Source: a virus (Duplodnaviria > Caudoviricetes). Taken from it: a stretch of 50,089 bases of DNA. The position numbers were made by a program, and so were the translations under genes. The notes under the pieces are model-generated. The model had not been told where the DNA came from and did not search any database. It was given only the letters and a program-made list of their open reading frames with translations. Positions 44,181-50,089 of this stretch are shown here, piece after piece (position 1 is the first letter of the stretch; every line of letters starts with the position of its first letter). The DNA is taken from the IMG/VR virus record IMGVR_UViG_3300029183_000007, positions 1 to 50,089 of that record, one strand, 5' to 3'.

Positions 44181-44576
44181 ATGTTTTTTGACAAAATAAA
44201 ATTTGGTATACTTGAGGATAGTAGGCCGGACTTGATTCTCTTTCTCTCTTCAGTTTCTGACGAAATAGACCAGGAGCTAATTTTCGTCGCGGAAAGGCTG
44301 TCTGAGATGAAAGACAATGTCGACTGTGTCGACATTGTCATCCTTGATTTGGGTGTCCCTGATGATTCACAAGATGGTGTCTTAGAGTTCGCAAGAGTAG
44401 TCGGCCAAACCAAACCTGTGATTATACGCAGTGGCAACTCTGACCCAAGAATCGCTGAACAATGTGGCGAAATTGGAGTGGGTTATCTTTCCAAGCATGG
44501 CGCGTCTGGGGTCGAAGTGAAGCTCCAGATGGCTCGTGCTAAGGGGCTTCTGAAATGGTTCAGGAATCGTTGGTAA
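44181..44576 (+). CDS. Stand-alone response-regulator receiver (CheY-like) protein
   Basis: GILED, DIVILDL (phosphoacceptor Asp), DG, PVIIRSG, GYLSK. Confidence 0.85.
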   Translation: MFFDKIKFGILEDSRPDLILFLSSVSDEIDQELIFVAERLSEMKDNVDCVDIVILDLGVPDDSQDGVLEFARVVGQTKPVIIRSGNSDPRIAEQCGEIGVGYLSKHGASGVEVKLQMARAKGLLKWFRNRW

Positions 44577-45100
44577 TGTTCGCGACTACTCAGACAGAAG
44601 TTGTTGGAGGAGTTGGCGCGGTTACAGGGTTGGGCTCGCTAGGCTTGATAGTCTGGGTAGTAAAAGCGGCTCTTGCTAGGGAGGACAAAAAAGCCAAGGA
44701 GAAAGAAGAATCCGACAACAGAAAAGCTAAGGAACACGCGACGATTGAAAGCAAGATCCGCGAAGAGTTCATGCAATCCCTGAGGGAAAGCCGAGAGGAC
44801 TTCAGAGGCTCTCTAAAAGAGGCCATTGGAGATTTGACGTCGGCTTTTCAGTCCCAACAGACCCAAGCTCACAACTTCTTCCGAGAGCAGTCGGACGCGT
44901 TTAAGGAAATCTTTAGAGACATCGGTGGTGAGATAAAATCTTTCCGATCTGAAATGAAAGATGTGAAGGAGGAATTGCGATCTGTAAAGGATATGATCGT
45001 CTACCACGATGCGAACGTGAGGCAACACAACCCAGAAATTCCGGGGTCAACACAAGGGATGGTGGATGGTTCAAAAAAAACAAATCAGGAGAAAAAATGA
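44576..45100 (+). CDS. Holin-like single-TM protein with coiled coil
   Basis: Gly-rich TM (GLGSLGLIVWVV), then a charged coiled coil; TAATG-coupled. Confidence 0.55.
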   Translation: MFATTQTEVVGGVGAVTGLGSLGLIVWVVKAALAREDKKAKEKEESDNRKAKEHATIESKIREEFMQSLRESREDFRGSLKEAIGDLTSAFQSQQTQAHNFFREQSDAFKEIFRDIGGEIKSFRSEMKDVKEELRSVKDMIVYHDANVRQHNPEIPGSTQGMVDGSKKTNQEKK

Positions 45101-45897
45101 ATCATTGGCGATTATCACTGATCATATTGTTTCTCGTCCACAGCCCGGCCACGACCCAGGAGCTAACATTCGATTACCCATCCTCGTCGCCTAGTCCGAC
45201 CTCGCGGACAATCTCACCCAATCCCGGAGAGAACTGGATTTCTCTACCCTCGGCCACCAAAGATGGAGCGATGATTGTCTATGTCCGTCTGGACGAGGGC
45301 TTGGCCACCATCAGCCCGAAGCTCACCAAGCTGCCAGGCAAGGTGACGTTCATGTCAACCGTCCCTGGCAGCTTCCTGGTACAAGCCACCGCGATCCATC
45401 GGGACAAGAAAACCAAGCGTGTCATTAAAGCTGGCTGTTGTTTTGTGCGTCTCAACTTCGGCGGCATGCCTCCACCAGTTCCACCGAAACCCAACCCCAA
45501 TCCTCCTGATCCGGGGCCAAAACCTGGGCCAGAACCGGAGCGGAAAGGGCTTGAAAAGACGCTCTACGAAGCGTGGAAAACCGACGGGAAAGACAAAGCC
45601 ATCAAGAAATTGGAGGGACTCTATATCCTCGCGGCGAAGGAAATCATCACTAGCGACTACCAGGACAACAAAACCGTCCAAAGTTTGATGAAGAAATTCG
45701 ACAAGCTCCGCGAGGGACTCATGGGAGAGAAGCTAAAGAACCTTCGCGGCACAATCGGCAAGCATCTCAAAGCGCTAGCCGACAAAGACGAGCTACCAAA
45801 GCTCACGAAAAAACTATCTTCGGACGGACGCGACCAAGGGGCATGGAAAGTAGCCTTTGAAGAAATCGCAACTGTTTTGAAGGCGGTGCAAAAGTAA
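45097..45897 (+). CDS. Exported protein with a Pro-rich linker and Lys-rich helical domain
   Basis: Signal peptide; PPPVPPKPNPNPPDPGPKPGPEP linker. Confidence 0.75.
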   Translation: MNHWRLSLIILFLVHSPATTQELTFDYPSSSPSPTSRTISPNPGENWISLPSATKDGAMIVYVRLDEGLATISPKLTKLPGKVTFMSTVPGSFLVQATAIHRDKKTKRVIKAGCCFVRLNFGGMPPPVPPKPNPNPPDPGPKPGPEPERKGLEKTLYEAWKTDGKDKAIKKLEGLYILAAKEIITSDYQDNKTVQSLMKKFDKLREGLMGEKLKNLRGTIGKHLKALADKDELPKLTKKLSSDGRDQGAWKVAFEEIATVLKAVQK

Positions 45898-46920
45898 ATG
45901 TTTCTGTATCATCTACCCTCCGATTACAAATGGATTGAGAATATCGGGACGAAGCAAGACCGGAACGGTGACACGCTCATTAATTTCGGTTGGAAGGACG
46001 AGATTGACCGCACGGATGAGGAGAACCACGCCAACTACCAGATGATTGCGGACATGGCGTCTTTTACCGCGCCCAGCATCAAGGACAAAACCCCGGCGAA
46101 GGTGGTTTTGACTGATGTTTGGGAAAAATTTATGGGGTCGATTTACGAAGTCTGGCTCCAAATCACGGGTGCGTGTGTGGGCTACGGCGGCGGACAGATG
46201 GGGACGCTGTCAGGCGCTATGGAACACATCATGCACGGTGACATCGACGTGCCAAAAATTCTGTCCCTCCTCATGCCCTATGGGATTGGCCGATTCCTCG
46301 GCGGCATGAAGGGAGAGGGGGAGGGCAGCTTCGGTTCTGTCCAAGCCCGTGCGATGACCGAGTATGGCATGTACGCTGTCGACGACAAGTCTGTCCCAAT
46401 GCCGCGTTGGTACAAACAGCGTGGCGGATGGACGTATGGGCGCAAGGAGGAACTTTGGTGGTCACATGGAGGCCGAACGAAGAAGGAACGGCCAGACGCT
46501 ATCGAACTGGGCAAGAAGCACTTGTTCGGCTCGGCCAACAAAATGACTTCGGTCGACGACCTCTGTCACTCATTACTGAAGGGTTGCGCGTGTACTATCG
46601 CGTCAAACCGTGGTTTTGAGATGACCAACAATCAAAACGATGGTCTGTTGTTGTTGGCTCCCAGGGGTGTCTGGCAGCACCAAATGGGGTTCATTGGGTA
46701 TTGGGAACACCCGACCCTGCGCAAGCGGCTTTTGGCAATCCTTAACAATTGGGGGCCAGATGCACACGGACGATCAAAATGCGGACTGTGTCCTGGCGCG
46801 TTTTGGTGTACAGAGGACGTGGCAGAGTATATGATTAGACAGAACGAATGCTTTTCGATAGCCCACCATCGCGGCTACCCCGGAAATCATGTGTTGAGTT
46901 ACTTAGACTACTCTTTTTAG
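45898..46920 (+). CDS. Papain-like (C1 family) cysteine peptidase
   Basis: Q..GACVG (Cys), WQHQMGFIGY (His), ILNNWG (Asn), GAFW. Confidence 0.85.
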   Translation: MFLYHLPSDYKWIENIGTKQDRNGDTLINFGWKDEIDRTDEENHANYQMIADMASFTAPSIKDKTPAKVVLTDVWEKFMGSIYEVWLQITGACVGYGGGQMGTLSGAMEHIMHGDIDVPKILSLLMPYGIGRFLGGMKGEGEGSFGSVQARAMTEYGMYAVDDKSVPMPRWYKQRGGWTYGRKEELWWSHGGRTKKERPDAIELGKKHLFGSANKMTSVDDLCHSLLKGCACTIASNRGFEMTNNQNDGLLLLAPRGVWQHQMGFIGYWEHPTLRKRLLAILNNWGPDAHGRSKCGLCPGAFWCTEDVAEYMIRQNECFSIAHHRGYPGNHVLSYLDYSF

Positions 46921-46928
46921 GAGAATCC

Positions 46929-47393
46929 ATGCCACTGACAGAATCGATTCAAGACCAAATCGGCGAACGACTGTTCGGCTCCGTCCTGGAATACTTGTGG
47001 AAACACAAAGCGGGCGAAGCGAAAGTTGCGTTTGAAAAATTTGTGGACGACGCAGCGGACGAAGTGAAATGCTGGGTGAAAAACAAATTCTTTCCATGCG
47101 ACGAAGCGCCACTGAAAGAAACAATTCAGATGACTACCACTAGCCCAGCGCTGTGCGAAGCCATCCAGAATTGTGACTGTGACCGAGTCGCGCAGCATTT
47201 GGAAGCGGAAGTCAAAGGTTCTGACCGCTGGCGGAAACGCCGAGACGAAATCATGGCCGAGCTAAAAGAGTCCGGTTGCTCCGATGAAGAATGTGAAAAA
47301 GAATGTAAACGCCGACTCTTTGGAGAAGCGAAAGGAATGGGGCTTGGATTCCTCAAATTCCTACCGATTATTTTGATGCTGTTTGGAAGCTAG
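46929..47393 (+). CDS. Cys-containing protein with a C-terminal hydrophobic anchor
   Basis: AGGAG RBS; ends FLKFLPIILMLFGS. Confidence 0.7.
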   Translation: MPLTESIQDQIGERLFGSVLEYLWKHKAGEAKVAFEKFVDDAADEVKCWVKNKFFPCDEAPLKETIQMTTTSPALCEAIQNCDCDRVAQHLEAEVKGSDRWRKRRDEIMAELKESGCSDEECEKECKRRLFGEAKGMGLGFLKFLPIILMLFGS

Positions 47394-47416
47394 CAGACCT
47401 TTTTCATGCAGGTCTT

Positions 47417-47452
47417 GAAGGTCGCGTGAGAGAAAAACGCGACCTTCTTTTT
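47417..47452 (+). terminator. Intrinsic terminator
   Basis: gaaggtcgcgt/acgcgaccttc 11-bp stem plus T-tract. Confidence 0.8.
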
Positions 47453-47469
47453 CACACTAGGAGACTACC

Positions 47470-48267
47470 ATGCGATACGTGTTTCTTTCTCTACTCATCG
47501 TCCTGATTCCGAAACTGGCCATCGGCCAAGAAGTGGACGCGGACGTTCAAGTCCTCTATCAGATAGCCAAACAATCCGAACAACCGCAAGTCGATGCGGA
47601 CGTGATGGCGGCCTACGCAAAAACCCTCAACCAAGAAGCGGCACGCGACACGACCGAAGCCCGCCGCGAACCAAAACCGCAAGCCAAAGCGATCTGCCAG
47701 TGTGCCACAACGGGAGTCTGTACCTGTCCCGCTGGCCAGTGCCAATGTGTCAATTGTCCGTGTTCGACCGTGGTGGCCAGCGAATATACGGTTTCTCCAC
47801 CAGTCGCGATGTATCAAGCGATGCCATACCATGTCAGCCAACCAGTAATTCACTACCCAAGTGGATTCAATCAGCCGATCGCGCAGACCACGAGCTATAG
47901 CATTCCGGCTCAGACGTACACGCAAGTCATTCCCTACGCTCAGCCAATGACAATCTCGCAGCCGGTTCAATATGCTCAGCCGGTTCAATATGCGAGGCCG
48001 ATGCACTCCTCTGTCCCGGTGCAACAAGTGGGCTATGCAGCCGCTCCGGTGATGACGAGCAACGGTTGCGGTGGCGGTGGCCAGATGATGAACACCGCTC
48101 CCGTGATGAACGCCGCTCCATCGATGGGGTGTGGTGGCACGCAACAGGCTCAGCCTGGATACCAGCAATACCAAATTTCCACCTCTCAGCCAGCGACGTC
48201 TGGCGGATTCTTTCAGAGAGGAGGTGGCGCTCCATTGCGTCGGCTTTTTCAACGGTGCTGCAAATAG
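47470..48267 (+). CDS. Exported Cys-rich, Gln/Pro/Tyr low-complexity protein
   Basis: Signal peptide; CQC...CTC...CQC..CPC cluster; ends PLRRLFQRCCK. Confidence 0.8.
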   Translation: MRYVFLSLLIVLIPKLAIGQEVDADVQVLYQIAKQSEQPQVDADVMAAYAKTLNQEAARDTTEARREPKPQAKAICQCATTGVCTCPAGQCQCVNCPCSTVVASEYTVSPPVAMYQAMPYHVSQPVIHYPSGFNQPIAQTTSYSIPAQTYTQVIPYAQPMTISQPVQYAQPVQYARPMHSSVPVQQVGYAAAPVMTSNGCGGGGQMMNTAPVMNAAPSMGCGGTQQAQPGYQQYQISTSQPATSGGFFQRGGGAPLRRLFQRCCK

Positions 48268-48289
48268 CCCGATATGACCGTAACTTTCT

Positions 48290-48748
48290 TTGTTCCGTGA
48301 GAACAGAATGCACTTAGCTATGAACGATAACAACATCATCCAACCGACGTTTCGCGTGGTCTCTCACTACGGGGGAGCCTACGGAAAATTCGAGGGATAC
48401 ATGCGGTTTGATTGGATTCACGACGGGACGACTCCCGACCGCGACATGAGGGTTGTGTCGGACTTGACGTTCACAAACGCAGCTGGGAACATGCGATTCG
48501 TCGCGCCAGCTGGCTCCATCGTGAACGGTGCGTCCATCCCTCGGTTTTTCTGGCGGTTCGTTGGGCCACCATTTGTCGGTCGGTATCGGCTCGCGAGCGT
48601 GGTTCACGACGTCTTGTGTATTGAGCAGAAACACCCACCAGAGCTAGTTCACGAGATGTTTTATTGGGGGTGTTTGGCTGGGGGATGTAGCAAACGACAT
48701 GCAGGCTGGCTCCGATGGGCTGTTGCCAAATTCGGGCCAAGATGGTAG
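48290..48748 (+). CDS. DUF1353 family protein
   Basis: PAG...NGASIPRFFW...G.Y..ASVVHD.L...AV..FG; start uncertain. Confidence 0.85.
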   Translation: MFRENRMHLAMNDNNIIQPTFRVVSHYGGAYGKFEGYMRFDWIHDGTTPDRDMRVVSDLTFTNAAGNMRFVAPAGSIVNGASIPRFFWRFVGPPFVGRYRLASVVHDVLCIEQKHPPELVHEMFYWGCLAGGCSKRHAGWLRWAVAKFGPRW

Positions 48749-48793
48749 AACACTTATGGGTTGTGCCAGCATTCCACAGCTGGCCGTAATCGC

Positions 48794-48838
48794 CGAGGCT
48801 GTTGGGTAATCTTCCGTGACCAGCAGCCTCGCTTTTTT
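48794..48838 (+). terminator. Intrinsic terminator ending the late operon
   Basis: cgaggctgttgg/ccagcagcctcg stem plus T-tract where + and - strand genes converge. Confidence 0.75.
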
Positions 48839-48941
48839 AGCACTTCTCTTGCACCAAGTAGCTGACGAACTCCATCGCCATCAGAGCTACGACCGGAACG
48901 GCAAAACCCCAAGACAGAGCTAGCAGAATGTTGATGAGCAT
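48837..48941 (-). CDS. Small single-TM protein (34 aa)
   Basis: MLINILLALSWGFAVPVVALMAMEFVSYLVQEKC with an AGGGG RBS on the minus strand. Confidence 0.55.
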   Translation of the reverse strand: MLINILLALSWGFAVPVVALMAMEFVSYLVQEKC

Positions 48942-49010
48942 GTTTGAAAATCCCCTTGACGATTGGTTAGGATGGTAGTTTGTCACTTGGAAAGTGGCCT
49001 CACACGCGTC

Positions 49011-49046
49011 ACCCGGAGCGATTAGCCGTAACCGCTCCGGGTTTTT
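49011..49046. terminator. Strong hairpin between the SWIM gene and the small TM gene
   Basis: acccggagcg/cgctccgggt 10-bp stem, T-tract on the + strand. Confidence 0.55.
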
Positions 49047-49051
49047 CATTT

Positions 49052-49519
49052 CTACTGTGCGTTGTAATACTTCTGGCTCGCGGTGATGTAAGCCCGTAGA
49101 CGTGGTTGGCCATTGGCTTGGCGTTCTTCGTCCAACTCGCTCAGCCGTTGGGTGGCTTGCTCATGGGTGTGGCCGACGATCAAGCCTTTGAGGTCGGAGT
49201 CGGTGGACTCGACGATCACCCACTGTCCGTCATTGGTGATGGGGTCATGCTTCAGTTGCACGCGGCATTTGTCGGTTTGGCGTTGGCTCCAGTGGTTGAT
49301 GAGGTCGACGTGTTTGCAGTGGCCGTGGTATTTGTAACCTTTGCATTTGCAACCACTTTTGCACGCGGTGTACTGATGGTCTTGGCCACCGTCGAAGAAG
49401 TAAAGGCCATTCTTGTAGGTGACACGGTACTTGCGGTCGGCTCCGCGTTGGTCGGTGATGACCAGGATGACTTGGCTGTCGTTGACGTGTTCGATGACTT
49501 GATAACTTCGCTTGCTCAT
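49052..49519 (-). CDS. SWIM zinc-finger protein
   Basis: CKCKGYKYHGHCKH (CxC-xn-CxH); GGAG RBS. Confidence 0.8.
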   Translation of the reverse strand: MSKRSYQVIEHVNDSQVILVITDQRGADRKYRVTYKNGLYFFDGGQDHQYTACKSGCKCKGYKYHGHCKHVDLINHWSQRQTDKCRVQLKHDPITNDGQWVIVESTDSDLKGLIVGHTHEQATQRLSELDEERQANGQPRLRAYITASQKYYNAQ

Positions 49520-49568
49520 GTCTCACTCCAAATCTAGAAAACTTAAAATCGTGTAAACTCATACCCAA

Positions 49569-49600
49569 AGTATAGCATGGGTGTCCACGGATGGACACCC
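49569..49600 (-). promoter_or_regulatory. Leftward extended -10 promoter with an 8-bp-arm palindromic operator
   Basis: Minus-strand TGcTATACT; GGGTGTCC-ACGGAT-GGACACCC at 49579-49600. Confidence 0.65.
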
Positions 49601-49609
49601 CAAAACAGG

Positions 49610-49873
49610 CTATTTTTTGTTTTTTTTGGGCTTTTCCTCGCACAGTTCGGCCAGCGAGAGATTGTAGGCTTTCGCATACGCCAGCAACTGCTTGTACTTC
49701 AATTCGGTTCCCACTTCATCAATCCGTCTCACGGTTGTCCGTGGAATCCCGGTTTTCTTTGCCAGTTCCGCATACGTCCACTTGGACTGCTTGAGGAGTT
49801 GGCGGAGTTTCTTGCACACCTTCAGAGACTCTTTCGAGATGTCCGGGGCGGCCACCACTTCTTTAGTCGGCAT
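49610..49873 (-). CDS. XRE-family helix-turn-helix transcriptional regulator
   Basis: LRQL...WTYAELAKKTGIPRTTVRRID...L...AKAYNLSLAEL. Confidence 0.9.
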   Translation of the reverse strand: MPTKEVVAAPDISKESLKVCKKLRQLLKQSKWTYAELAKKTGIPRTTVRRIDEVGTELKYKQLLAYAKAYNLSLAELCEEKPKKNKK

Positions 49874-50060
49874 TTGCTTCTCCTAACTGTCGAACGTAAT
49901 CGATAAACATTGTTTCTACCGGAGCTTCAAGAATTTTGGTAGTCAACTTTTCCACGGTCGTCCCGGTTCCCTTGGCAATCGTGTTGATTTTGTTGACCAG
50001 GAGGGCTGGGAGTTTGACATTTTTCTTTTCAGGCAATCTCGGCTTTTTGGTCTTGGCCAT
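49863..50060 (-). CDS. Ribbon-helix-helix-like small DNA-binding protein
   Basis: KNVKLP.LL.NKI..IA..TG.TV.KL...IL; AGGAGG RBS; its promoter region lies across the circular junction (~139-200). Confidence 0.6.
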   Translation of the reverse strand: MAKTKKPRLPEKKNVKLPALLVNKINTIAKGTGTTVEKLTTKILEAPVETMFIDYVRQLGEANAD

Positions 50061-50071
50061 TGCGACCTCCT
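49955..50071 (+). repeat. Right copy of 117-bp terminal direct repeat
   Basis: Identical to 22-138. Confidence 0.95.
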
Positions 50072-50072
50072 C

Positions 50073-50089
50073 GATCGTGACTGGGAAAC
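50073..50089 (-). other. Library primer, reverse complement; artefact
   Basis: gatcgtgactgggaaac is the reverse complement of 1-17. Confidence 0.9.

Larger units (their letters stand above)
22..50071. mobile_element. Apparently complete tailed bacteriophage genome (circularly permuted, unit length about 49,933 bp); probable planctomycete host
   Basis: Terminase, portal, protease, capsid, tail and recombination genes with no host housekeeping genes; terminal direct repeat. Confidence 0.93.

Noticed and set aside
47959-48119. Short direct repeats (cagccggttcaatatgc twice; atgaac.ccgctcc twice)
   Set aside because: Coding repeats in a low-complexity protein, with no spacers
47491-48339. Long minus-strand ORFs (282 aa here; also 24928-25692 and 43145-43873)
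   Set aside because: Shadow frames of well-supported + strand genes, with no motifs or RBS
1-50089. Perfect 17-bp terminal inverted repeat, suggesting a transposon or linear replicon end
   Set aside because: It matches a random-amplification primer tag and lies outside the genomic direct repeat, so it is a library artefact

Overview
The window looks like one complete, circularly permuted ~49.9 kb tailed-phage genome. A 117-bp direct repeat (22-138 = 49955-50071) closes the circle, and both ends carry a 17-nt random-amplification primer that is a library artefact. Almost all genes are on the + strand. In order they are: early genes; a recombination/replication module (RecT-like annealase, SSB-like protein, RecD2-like helicase, ERCC4 nuclease, C5 methyltransferase, Toprim primase, Zn-finger protein); accessory genes; terminase; a Mu-type head module; tail genes; and a putative lysis block. 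A short - strand block (SWIM protein, XRE-HTH, RHH-like protein) faces the main promoter across the circular junction. I recognised no integrase, DNA polymerase, reverse transcriptase, CRISPR array or peptidoglycan hydrolase. Several protein motifs point to a planctomycete (Gemmataceae-like) host, by inference. The most notable observations are: (1) a 1938-aa portal fused to a cargo tail with three GNAT-like repeats and recurring Tyr-containing linkers; (2) three proteins carrying helical domains that are expanded in Gemmataceae; (3) an unannotated candidate -1 frameshift extending RecT by 54 aa; (4) a lysis block with a papain-like protease and a stand-alone receiver domain in place of an endolysin; (5) a nested +1-frame gene that may supply the methyltransferase's missing motif IX; (6) a TGTCC-N6-GGACA operator at three promoters; (7) several structured intergenic RNAs, including a tRNA-like element. 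All family calls come from reading motifs by eye; no searches were run.
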